Virus record (IMG/VR): IMGVR_UViG_3300033067_001661
Span: 96,001 to 160,000 of that record
Reading direction: 5' to 3' (one strand)
Source of the DNA: a virus
Lineage: Duplodnaviria > Heunggongvirae > Uroviricota > Caudoviricetes
Length of the DNA stretch: 64,000 nucleotides
In this document: piece by piece, positions 26,691 through 35,514 of the stretch
Position numbering within the stretch: the stretch's first letter is position 1
Layout of the letters: each line of letters opens with the position of its first letter
Notes under the pieces: generated by a model
Told to the model about the DNA's origin: nothing
Databases searched by the model: none
What the model saw: the letters and a program-made list of their open reading frames with translations, nothing else
Made by a program: the position numbers and the translations under genes

Positions 26691-28019
26691 TCAGCAGGCG
26701 CAGAGAATGTTGTTCAAAAATATACCGCAACTATCGTCGCACGTTATTGTAAACGTTTTTTCTATTGAAGTATCTTCTACGCCACAAACTTTGATTCCAA
26801 CAACAGAAGATTCAACAAGTTTTGATAGAGAAGAGCGCTTGCTCTTTTTCTTGATATACTTGTTCAAATCCGCAGCCATATCATGATTCATAACAACATT
26901 ATCTTGTTCAAAGAGGGCAAGCTTTTCATACTTCTCAGCAGCCATGCCAACGTCTGTCTTGATACTTGAAAGGGACTTGCCAAACTTATAACCTAGCAAA
27001 TCAACGGCAGGAATAGGCTTATCTACAAGCTCTGTCATGTAATCATCAACCTTAATGACAAGAGACTTAATCAAGTAAGGTATAGAGCTAAAGAATGTTT
27101 CAATATGACCGCTATCAATAATTATGTAAGAAGAACGAGACATGAAAGGTACTATGCCAAATATAAGCAAGCACTTGCAAAGCCTGTCAGAAGATATTTC
27201 GCCGCCTCGATGAAGAGAAACGCATGGCTTAAGTTTTGCCTTATCAACAAAGCCAAAGGCATTACTTGCATGAAAGTATCCCGCAAGATAGTTTAGTACA
27301 ATTTCTTCATTCTGAGAAGCGACTTCTTTCAAGAAAGAGTCAATCAATGTAGCAACAACTTTGTTTTGAACCCTAACCAAATCTCCATTAATCTCTGGTT
27401 CAACAAGAAAGCATGAAGATATAGCATGAGCAAATATACTATTCACAACCTTGTCGTTAGCGCTGAAAAGAATGTCGCCAGTTTCAAGATTATAAGTTCC
27501 TTTGCAATCAATAAGGCCAGCAGCAAAAGCCAATCCCATCAAGAAACTAATAGACATAGAAGCGTCTGCTTGATGGATCTTGCCTCCAACTCTTTGCTTT
27601 ATAAGCGAACCCTTCTTATTGGGAAAGACATTTTCGATCTGAAAGTTGTTCTCTCGAAAAGAAAGAGACTTTGGCATCAAAAGCAAATCACCACCAACAA
27701 GCTCGCCAACAGAAGCCTTATTCAATTCTCCATTTTCATTAATGTAGACCATGCAATCATGCTGCAATTCTAGAAAAGAACCGCAACTCTGTATTCTCGC
27801 CAGCTTAGAAGGCGATGCTTCGACGCATGACTGAATTCGAACAACCTTTGATTGCCAGGTATCCTGGTCAAAACCCATTACCTGCAAACTTCCTTTTTTA
27901 AGGACATTTGGCAACTCGGAAACTCGATAGCTGTTTCCATAAAGATCATGCAGGAAAGAATTCCCGCCAACACCTTTGATACTAGAACTTATCTTGACTT
28001 GACCTTTCGACATGAACAT
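26691..28019 (-). CDS. Stand-alone degenerate intein-like protein (Hint plus LAGLIDADG-like), no exteins
   Basis: Block A-like GVGGNSFL, block B-like LELQHDCMVY...ASVGELVGGDLLLMP, endonuclease helices FLMGLAFAAG and YLAGYFHAS, block F/G-like KVCGVEDTSIEKTFTITCDDSCGIFLNNILCAC-stop. Confidence 0.72.
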   Translation of the reverse strand: MFMSKGQVKISSSIKGVGGNSFLHDLYGNSYRVSELPNVLKKGSLQVMGFDQDTWQSKVVRIQSCVEASPSKLARIQSCGSFLELQHDCMVYINENGELNKASVGELVGGDLLLMPKSLSFRENNFQIENVFPNKKGSLIKQRVGGKIHQADASMSISFLMGLAFAAGLIDCKGTYNLETGDILFSANDKVVNSIFAHAISSCFLVEPEINGDLVRVQNKVVATLIDSFLKEVASQNEEIVLNYLAGYFHASNAFGFVDKAKLKPCVSLHRGGEISSDRLCKCLLIFGIVPFMSRSSYIIIDSGHIETFFSSIPYLIKSLVIKVDDYMTELVDKPIPAVDLLGYKFGKSLSSIKTDVGMAAEKYEKLALFEQDNVVMNHDMAADLNKYIKKKSKRSSLSKLVESSVVGIKVCGVEDTSIEKTFTITCDDSCGIFLNNILCAC

Positions 28020-28518
28020 GCTCTCTTAGTGGTTTGAGTATTACGAAAACGATGTTGTCTGTAACCCTTAATTCGTCCCATTTTGCAACATCTCCGAGGT
28101 CGGACACCGCCTTGTTGAGAAGTTCTTTCGCATTCGAAACGAACGCTCTTTCTCTTCCCTTTAGTTCGATTCCAAACTTAACAAGGCACTTCTTTTCAAG
28201 CATGCCTCTAATCTTCGTCTTTTTCACCTGAATGTCGTGTTCTCCTGTCTTCAAGTGAAACATCATTTCTTTTGTTTCGGTAGGTTTGCTACTGTTTTTC
28301 TTTTTTGAAGCTTCAAACTTAAGCTTGCCAGCGTCTGCAAACTTACAAATAGGAACACCCTTGTCATTCTTCGAAACCTGAACAAGGTCAAAACCTCGTT
28401 CCCTCGCTTGGGAGATTGCAAGTTTCCTGTTAGTCTCTCCCTTGCTGACCCCATTCTCGTCAATTACGATTACGGAGTAACCATAAATCTCTTCATTCGC
28501 CAAAATCCTGCCAGTCAC
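27982..28518 (-). CDS. infC: Translation initiation factor IF-3
   Basis: ANEEI, VIDENG, ARERGFDLVQV, PICKFADAGK, KEMMF...GEHDIQVK, KGRE. Start re-called at GTG 28518, 6 nt after AAGGAG. Confidence 0.9.
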   Translation of the reverse strand: MTGRILANEEIYGYSVIVIDENGVSKGETNRKLAISQARERGFDLVQVSKNDKGVPICKFADAGKLKFEASKKKNSSKPTETKEMMFHLKTGEHDIQVKKTKIRGMLEKKCLVKFGIELKGRERAFVSNAKELLNKAVSDLGDVAKWDELRVTDNIVFVILKPLREHVHVERSSQDKF

Positions 28519-28528
28519 AATAAGCTCC

Positions 28529-29422
28529 TTAATTCCTCGAAACAAAAGATATCTCGTTTATCGCTAAACTCTTGAGTAACGCATCTAATTGCGGGTCATA
28601 ATGTTTCTCTGTATACGGAGACATCTTCTTTGTTATTTCTTTGATTCTCTCAATAAACGCCGGTCCTGATTTCGTTGCGTCCTGATAAAAGCTCTGTATC
28701 ACTTCTCTGCTCTCTTTAGGAGACAAGCCCCTATTCGAAAGCAACCATGAAAAACAAACAACAATCCCATAGTTCATAAGAAATGCGACACCGCCAGAGT
28801 TGTAATACTCTTCAATCTTCGATAGATCAATTCTGTTTCCAAGCGCAACGCCTTGAACTTCCTTATGCTTATTGAGACTTACAAACTTCTGAGAAGCCCT
28901 ACGGGAACAGAAGTCATACAAATCAAAAGCCTCAACATTTAGCTCCTCTTCAATAAACCATTCTATGTAGGTCTTTACTATTGAATTTGATGGCGGAGCG
29001 GATAGCCTTCTTTCAAGTTCCTCTTTGATTCGCTTTGTAAAACGAGCATGAATCGCAGGACCAATTGTAACGGCAATTTTATCTCCGAGGCGCTTGTCTT
29101 TCTTTATACAGAGATAGCGAAGATAATTGAACATCGCTTTATCAGTCCAAAGATCTGGATGAATAGTATTAAAGCCCTTTGAGGTCTTTATATCTTTCCA
29201 TTTACAAACGCCAGTCTTCTGGCCGCTAGCCTTCTTAGTAGTTGGTCCGTCTACAATTTCAAGCTCGTCTTCTCCAATGATATCGAGAAGGCTATTCTTC
29301 TTCTTAGCTTTAGGACTAATCCCCTTACTGGTGTCCTTTTGACTTTGCGCAAGAATATCACCCATAAAGTCTTTTGTTTCTGTCTGCATTTTCTTACCTC
29401 TTTTGGGCATCGCTTTGACCAA
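28529..29422 (-). CDS. Hypothetical protein
   Basis: 297-aa ORF; no family recognised. Confidence 0.65.
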   Translation of the reverse strand: MVKAMPKRGKKMQTETKDFMGDILAQSQKDTSKGISPKAKKKNSLLDIIGEDELEIVDGPTTKKASGQKTGVCKWKDIKTSKGFNTIHPDLWTDKAMFNYLRYLCIKKDKRLGDKIAVTIGPAIHARFTKRIKEELERRLSAPPSNSIVKTYIEWFIEEELNVEAFDLYDFCSRRASQKFVSLNKHKEVQGVALGNRIDLSKIEEYYNSGGVAFLMNYGIVVCFSWLLSNRGLSPKESREVIQSFYQDATKSGPAFIERIKEITKKMSPYTEKHYDPQLDALLKSLAINEISFVSRN

Positions 29423-30518
29423 TAATCAAATATTCTACACCTGACGAGTTTTCGGCTGAACGATACTTGTAATCGTACTGCATTGTCTTAACTATTACGT
29501 TCTTCCTAAACTCGCTTACCAACTCTTTAATCGTCTCAATTTTGGCCCAGCTACTATCATTGTAACTAATTGCCAAAGTTGCATTTGAATCCAAACTATC
29601 TAGTAACTTTCGGAAATGATCCTCATAAGTTTTAGCTTTCGAAAAAGACTTCGAAGCTGTCTTTAGATATTCAATATCTTGGAAAGATTTCCTAGCCAAG
29701 TATTCTTCTAAAAACTGATACATAAAAGCGTAATCGCTTTGCTGTCCACCATATGGAGGATCAATGTAAATTAGATCAAAGCTACGACCACTACCAACCG
29801 AATTACAAAAATCAAAGACATCATTATTGAAGAACATCGACGGAGGCCCTTCGCAAGGAAAATAGAAAGGCTTCATTGTCTTGAAATTCATTTCACTGTT
29901 ATCGTTTCTCTGATGCTGTAAACGATGTTCAAGAGATGCAATAATCTGTCCGCTATTAAGCCTACCGCCTACAAAGCAATGAGACATAATGAACTGCATC
30001 ATTGTCGAATGAGCAATACAGGCTCTAACATGATCATTTACAAATCGCTCTTCTACGTTTGCGAAGTAATTGTCAATAAAAACAGCTTCCGCACTAGTTA
30101 AACGAGAACCTGCGTGAGTCTTTTCCATAAAGGAATCAGACTTCGAATTCTTATTAGATAAGAGGAATTCCCAATCTTCGTCGGAAATCTTACTATTCCA
30201 ACCCTGCGTCAAAGAAACGCCATTCATATAAGAAGAACGAAGCAACTCATTCGAATAAACTTCTTTGCCGAACTTCTTAAAGAAAGCTCCAACAACAGCA
30301 GAGCCAGCAAACAAATCAAGTACCGAGCTAAAAGAATCAAAAGAAACTTCGCTATTTAGCTCAATAGCAATATCTGCCAAAATTTTGCGTTTGTTACCGA
30401 CATATGGATTACTCAAACTATTGAAATCAGCTTGAGTATTCAAAGCCTTTTCAATAAAAAGCTCTTCTTTGGTTTCGGCAAACAAGTTACCAAACTGTTC
30501 TCGATTTTTACGAGCCAT
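29394..30518 (-). CDS. D12-class (alpha) DNA adenine methyltransferase
   Basis: NPYVGNKRK, VLDLFAGS, LIYIDPPY, ISYN. Confidence 0.88.
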   Translation of the reverse strand: MARKNREQFGNLFAETKEELFIEKALNTQADFNSLSNPYVGNKRKILADIAIELNSEVSFDSFSSVLDLFAGSAVVGAFFKKFGKEVYSNELLRSSYMNGVSLTQGWNSKISDEDWEFLLSNKNSKSDSFMEKTHAGSRLTSAEAVFIDNYFANVEERFVNDHVRACIAHSTMMQFIMSHCFVGGRLNSGQIIASLEHRLQHQRNDNSEMNFKTMKPFYFPCEGPPSMFFNNDVFDFCNSVGSGRSFDLIYIDPPYGGQQSDYAFMYQFLEEYLARKSFQDIEYLKTASKSFSKAKTYEDHFRKLLDSLDSNATLAISYNDSSWAKIETIKELVSEFRKNVIVKTMQYDYKYRSAENSSGVEYLIIGQSDAQKR

Positions 30519-32054
30519 TTAGGTTGTACCCTTGAAATCTTTGATTACGAATTCTGGTTCAGTTTCGTAGATTCTTCGACGCGCTCTACTATGAGCAAGC
30601 ATGTACTTCATATTATCGTGAAAATCGACAATGTAAGCATCCTTTTTCACGAAGCCAGAAGTAGGATCTTCAAAAGTTCTGATTACACGCCCAATTCTTT
30701 GCAAAGCTCTGGTTTGAGATTTTCCAGAACCCGCAAGAATAAGACCATCAAGAGGTTTAACATCAACGCCTTCGTCAAAGATTGATGTTGCGATAGTAAC
30801 AGGAACCTTCTTCAATCTCATATCATCAATATGAGTTTGACGAACCTTATGACCCTTGCTACCATGAACAAAGAAACTATCAGGAATCATTGACTCCAAA
30901 AGCTCGCCATGCTCAATATGACGAACGAGAATCAAAACGTGTCTACCTTCTTTAACCATATTCTGCGCAATGTTCCCGATTAACAGGTTGCGCTCTTCAT
31001 TCTGAACAATACCTTCTTTATAGGCTGTTGCATAGTTGATATCTTCGTCCATAGACTTTCGAGTATGAACAAAGTAAATAGTTGGCTTAACTAAGATTCC
31101 CTTACGAATAAGAAACGACGCATTGATCTCATGAATAAGCTTGCCAAAGCAAGAATCAATGAGCAAGTCATCGCCCATGTCTCGCCAAGGTGTCGCCGAG
31201 AGTCCAAAACGGAATCTAGCATTAACAGAATGGTCAGCTAAGATCTGGCAAGTTTCAGCAGCCCAGTGCTGAACTTCGTCGCAAATGATTCCCTTCGCAT
31301 TATGAATGAGAGACGCTATTGCTTCTCTCTTCTGCTGAAGCTCTTCCGAAATATCTTCTACCTCGTCTTCCTCGTCAAACTTATGGTACTTTTCCCCAAC
31401 CGCTCTAATAGCCGTTTGAACAGTAAGAACATTTACGTCCTTGATATCAAACTTACCACCGCCAATACTACCAACCTTGAGGGGACTTCCATTTTGGAGC
31501 AAGAACTTTTCTAGTTCGTCTTTTGCCTGCCTAAGCAAATCATTGGAAGTTACATAGAAGATAAAAGGAGCAGCGCTTAGCTTCTGGATAATACCAGCAC
31601 CAATAGCTGTCTTTCCGCCTCCAGTAGCAACTTTAATAATGCCTCGTTGTTGATTGACGGCTTTATCAATAACCTCCTGCTGATAATCTCTAACTTGAAA
31701 AGAAGGGCTAGGGGTTAAAACGATATTGTTTGTCTTCGCTTCTGTTCGCTCGTCAACAGTTGTAACATCAACGCCATAAGCCCTAAAAAACTCAAGCGCT
31801 CTACTATACAAGCCTGTTGGAAAATGAACGCCGTCTTTCTTGAGAGAACACTTACAGTATGTCTTATTGAAGCATACGGTTGTAACATATCCGTCCCAGT
31901 TTTTAGCGTTCTTGCCTCGCCAAATTGCATTTGGATCTTTATAGCCAAGAGTTTTCTTGAACTCCTGATAAAGCTCTTTGGTCATTTTGCCAACGACAAA
32001 CGTTGAAGAGTCCTGAACTCTTAGCGTAATATACGATCCAATTGATGAACTCAT
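30519..32054 (-). CDS. SF2 (UvsW/ResIII-like) DNA helicase
   Basis: VRDYQ, ATGGGKT, CDEVQH, GLSATP, FDEGVD, QRIGRVIR. Confidence 0.9.
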   Translation of the reverse strand: MSSSIGSYITLRVQDSSTFVVGKMTKELYQEFKKTLGYKDPNAIWRGKNAKNWDGYVTTVCFNKTYCKCSLKKDGVHFPTGLYSRALEFFRAYGVDVTTVDERTEAKTNNIVLTPSPSFQVRDYQQEVIDKAVNQQRGIIKVATGGGKTAIGAGIIQKLSAAPFIFYVTSNDLLRQAKDELEKFLLQNGSPLKVGSIGGGKFDIKDVNVLTVQTAIRAVGEKYHKFDEEDEVEDISEELQQKREAIASLIHNAKGIICDEVQHWAAETCQILADHSVNARFRFGLSATPWRDMGDDLLIDSCFGKLIHEINASFLIRKGILVKPTIYFVHTRKSMDEDINYATAYKEGIVQNEERNLLIGNIAQNMVKEGRHVLILVRHIEHGELLESMIPDSFFVHGSKGHKVRQTHIDDMRLKKVPVTIATSIFDEGVDVKPLDGLILAGSGKSQTRALQRIGRVIRTFEDPTSGFVKKDAYIVDFHDNMKYMLAHSRARRRIYETEPEFVIKDFKGTT

Positions 32055-32275
32055 AACATTCCTGATTCGTTCGGTTTTGCGTCAGGCGTATCTACGCCAA
32101 GTTGGTAAATCTTACTCGAAGGAAGTCTGTTCTTTCTCTTTAACTTATCTTCGATACGGTCAGGCTTGTCAAAAAGAGAAGATTGCCCAGAATCATTCTC
32201 TCCTGGGAAGGAACCTGGCTGTCTCTTAAGATCAGACGACAACTTTTGAAAGCTATTTGTTTGGATTACTTTCAA
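32051..32275 (-). CDS. Small hypothetical protein
   Basis: 74-aa ORF overlapping both neighbours. Confidence 0.5.
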   Translation of the reverse strand: MKVIQTNSFQKLSSDLKRQPGSFPGENDSGQSSLFDKPDRIEDKLKRKNRLPSSKIYQLGVDTPDAKPNESGML

Positions 32276-32504
32276 CGTTGTTACCTTTCGCCATCAAATA
32301 TTGCAATCGCTCTCCTGCGACTGTCCAAAGGTTATTGATGCTCTCTTTTGTTCCTGTAATCCTATAAAAAGCATCAATAAAATGGCCGTTCCTCATCAAA
32401 GGCAAAGTATTCTCAAGATTTGAGTTTTGCTTCTGCATAGTAGCTACAACCTTCTTAAGGAACTCTATCTCTGACAAATCATTGTAATTCATCTCTTCTG
32501 GCAT
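32253..32504 (-). CDS. Small hypothetical protein
   Basis: 83-aa ORF with GGAG upstream. Confidence 0.55.
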   Translation of the reverse strand: MPEEMNYNDLSEIEFLKKVVATMQKQNSNLENTLPLMRNGHFIDAFYRITGTKESINNLWTVAGERLQYLMAKGNNVESNPNK

Positions 32505-32516
32505 ATTTCTTCTCCA

Positions 32517-33572
32517 TTACCAAACTCTAGTCTTTGACAAAAGCTGTTGCAGCGTCAAGTTGGGAGACGTAACAAGTTCCTTACTCTGTACTCTAAGCAA
32601 AAGCTCAAAAGGAAGTTCGGACATTCCCCTCGCTCTTCTTTCAGATTCCACCTTCTCCCAGAGATCTTTGCTAAAATCCTTCAAAGTTTCTGTAGTGGAC
32701 CAATCTGGCCCTCTTACAGAGTCAATCATTTTCTCGGTCAATCCCAAGAACCACCAGTTACCTGCATATGGATTAGCCGCAGCCGAAGATTGCGCTGTTT
32801 TCAACTTGTCCATTTTTCTTAAGCCAAGCGAAGCCTCTTCCAAGTCCTTTGACTGGCAAATAAGAGACAAAACCGCCAAGAAATTCGCAACTTCTTCGTC
32901 TTCGCCAAAAGCAAGACCCAAGAAATCCGTTATTCGTTCTCTCATAAAGAAATTCGAAAACATTTCTCGAATCAAAGCTTCAGGAGAATCTCCTGGCTTC
33001 ATCATAATTCGTAAAGCTTCAACCAACAGGAAAGCAGAACGAACTGAGCTTTTCTCTATATCAAGATTGACAAACAAATAAGGTTCGCCATTATTATCAG
33101 CTTGGACAACTACATCTAGCTCCTGCGATTTCTTAGCGACAATCCTTATGTTTTGTAACTTCAATCCTTTATACGGACAAAAGACATTCTTTATTAGCAT
33201 CCAAACGGCATGAAACTGATCGAGCTTCATGTTGATTACTTCGTTGTCATCGTCCTCATGAGATTTCCCATATTGGGTTTTGAAATCTGCAAGCATTGAA
33301 ATAAAGTATCGCATTAGAGTATAGCGAGCGTCCATGCTACCTATATTTCTACCAGAAACCGAACCAAGAGCATTTATGTAGACCGAATATATAGACGCCA
33401 TAGTGTCTAAAACAGATTTGCTTTTAGGAAGAACAATTTGTCCGTCCCTCAAAGAGGGAGAATCAATTTCTTCGAAAACAACGGGCAAATCGACAAAATC
33501 ACAGTCAAGCCTCTTGCATAAGATTTGCAAGGCCTTAGTTACAAGCAAATAATTACTGATTCTTAGTGCCAT
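32517..33572 (-). CDS. Hypothetical protein
   Basis: 351-aa ORF; no family recognised. Confidence 0.65.
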   Translation of the reverse strand: MALRISNYLLVTKALQILCKRLDCDFVDLPVVFEEIDSPSLRDGQIVLPKSKSVLDTMASIYSVYINALGSVSGRNIGSMDARYTLMRYFISMLADFKTQYGKSHEDDDNEVINMKLDQFHAVWMLIKNVFCPYKGLKLQNIRIVAKKSQELDVVVQADNNGEPYLFVNLDIEKSSVRSAFLLVEALRIMMKPGDSPEALIREMFSNFFMRERITDFLGLAFGEDEEVANFLAVLSLICQSKDLEEASLGLRKMDKLKTAQSSAAANPYAGNWWFLGLTEKMIDSVRGPDWSTTETLKDFSKDLWEKVESERRARGMSELPFELLLRVQSKELVTSPNLTLQQLLSKTRVW

Positions 33573-33605
33573 GTCTATATATTCGAACTTTTATGAAAAA
33601 TCCCT

Positions 33606-34802
33606 TCACGATCTATCATGCTGTAGGTTGATATTGTAGGTCCAAGTTATACCTCTCTTAGGATGGATTCCAAAGAGCTTTTGCTCTGGCTTGTTGCCTG
33701 GCATATTATTGCTCAAAGAATAAACATCAGAACCGACAAAAGAGCCGTTCATAAGAGCTTTACCGCCATGCGTAGTAAACTCAGAACAGTTGTGAAAATG
33801 TCCACAAAGAGTATAATCGGGATTAACTCCAATCATAGCTCCCATCTTCCTCTCAACTTCCAACAGAGAAGTAACAGGAGGATTTTTGGCCTTTACGTCG
33901 TCTCCATGCATCATTAAAAACTTATGGTTTTGAATAGACTTCAACATCCACCAGCTTTTCGTTGTATGGAACTTTATTCTAGGTTCATCCTTGAACTCTT
34001 TCTGTATAAGCTCATAACATAGCAAATCAAAGTTGTTATACTTTTTCTCTGCACCATTTGGGGCTATTCGTCCATGATTTCCGTATATAGCATAGAACTC
34101 AACTTCCTCAAATAGAGTTAGCATGTAATAGAGGAAATCAGATATAGCCTTTTCGCCAATCATAATCTGGTCAAATATTGGAGAGTCAATCCAAACATGA
34201 GACCAAGCGCCTGCCGTATTTGCTCCTTCAACAATATCTCCTAGAGAGAAAATATGAAGCTTCTTAATAGGATACAGATTTGAATGAAGTTCATGAATAT
34301 CGGTAATGGCAAGCTTTAGATTTTCAAGTCTTTGCAAGAAAATGTCTATGTTATATTCAGATAAACCGCCAGTCTCCTCAATCGTATGTTCGTGACCTAT
34401 ATGAAGATCGCTTAGAATAAGACCAATATCTTCTGGCGTCCTATCAGTCTTTGGCGTTTTCGTATAAACAGGAGGAGGCGCAGGAGGGAGCTTTCTCATA
34501 GCATTATACAACTTGTCTGCTATGATATCAGCCTGAAGCCTATATTTCTCAAGATTCTTCTTGACGCTAATATCTCTATTCACCAAGCCCTGCTCTATCT
34601 CGGCATTCCTCTTCTCTTCAAGTTCAGGCTCATAAAAGTCATAACTTGTCCAGTCGGTATCCTTGTTGTACTTTGTTTCAAGAGCCTTTGGCGTGCGATT
34701 TAGCATCGCAGATAAAACCTTGTATGGAGTACCTTTCATTCTTTCCGTATAAAGAATTTTCAGGTCTTCTTCAGTCCATTTTCTAGCTTCAAAGTTTGAC
34801 AT
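33606..34802 (-). CDS. Calcineurin-like metallophosphoesterase with N-terminal HTH
   Basis: SDLHIG, LGDIVEG, GNHGR, MHGD, CGHFH; N-terminal WTEEDL...LNRT helix-turn-helix. Confidence 0.85.
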   Translation of the reverse strand: MSNFEARKWTEEDLKILYTERMKGTPYKVLSAMLNRTPKALETKYNKDTDWTSYDFYEPELEEKRNAEIEQGLVNRDISVKKNLEKYRLQADIIADKLYNAMRKLPPAPPPVYTKTPKTDRTPEDIGLILSDLHIGHEHTIEETGGLSEYNIDIFLQRLENLKLAITDIHELHSNLYPIKKLHIFSLGDIVEGANTAGAWSHVWIDSPIFDQIMIGEKAISDFLYYMLTLFEEVEFYAIYGNHGRIAPNGAEKKYNNFDLLCYELIQKEFKDEPRIKFHTTKSWWMLKSIQNHKFLMMHGDDVKAKNPPVTSLLEVERKMGAMIGVNPDYTLCGHFHNCSEFTTHGGKALMNGSFVGSDVYSLSNNMPGNKPEQKLFGIHPKRGITWTYNINLQHDRS

Positions 34803-35514
34803 TTTTCATCCTTTTCTTAAGGGCAAATATTACAGCATTATGATCAGCTAGCTGCATTGCTCCGTTTTTCCTAGTCATACCGCTTGGATTTACTCTGTAT
34901 TTGATTAGGTAATCTTGTAAGTTTGCAAATTTCTTACCATACAGAATCGCTCTACACCAAAAATCTAAGTCATGCGCATACCTAATCTTGTTATCAGGAG
35001 AATAACCTCCAACCTCCCTATAGCCTGATAGCCTATACATGGAAGCTGGATTGATAATCGGACATTTTGATTGAGACACAAGCATTCTCACGATTTCTTT
35101 GTGAGAAGCCGGGGGAAAATCCCAATCTCCAATAAAATTTCCCGCCAAATCAATCTTTTTAGCCCTACCTCCAACGCAAAAAATATCGGGATTCTCCTCA
35201 AGATAGTTAAACTGTAACTCAAGACGATTTGACATGCTCACATCGTCAGCGTCATGAATGGCAATATAGTCCGTCACGGCTAAATCTATCGCCTCTTTAG
35301 ACCTAGCTAAAACCCCTCTATTTTCCTGGTAATCAACAAAGCGTATTCTTGGATCAGTAAAAGACTTGATTACTTCTGATGTTCCGTCTGTTGAACCGTC
35401 ATTGATAATGATGAACTCAAAATCCGAAAACGATTGCCCCAAAATAGACAAGATAGACTCTTTTACAAGTCTTTCGCAGTTGTAAGCTGGAGTTATAACG
35501 CTTATCCTAGCCAT
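34789..35514 (-). CDS. Glycosyltransferase family 2
   Basis: ISVITPAYN, INDGSTD, HDADD. Confidence 0.92.
   Translation of the reverse strand: MARISVITPAYNCERLVKESILSILGQSFSDFEFIIINDGSTDGTSEVIKSFTDPRIRFVDYQENRGVLARSKEAIDLAVTDYIAIHDADDVSMSNRLELQFNYLEENPDIFCVGGRAKKIDLAGNFIGDWDFPPASHKEIVRMLVSQSKCPIINPASMYRLSGYREVGGYSPDNKIRYAHDLDFWCRAILYGKKFANLQDYLIKYRVNPSGMTRKNGAMQLADHNAVIFALKKRMKNVKL

Noticed and set aside
28519-28545. AUU or TTG start for infC
   Set aside because: The ATT is only 3 nt from AAGGAG and the TTG lies inside the upstream gene. GTG at 28518 has better spacing, so an AUU start is not called.
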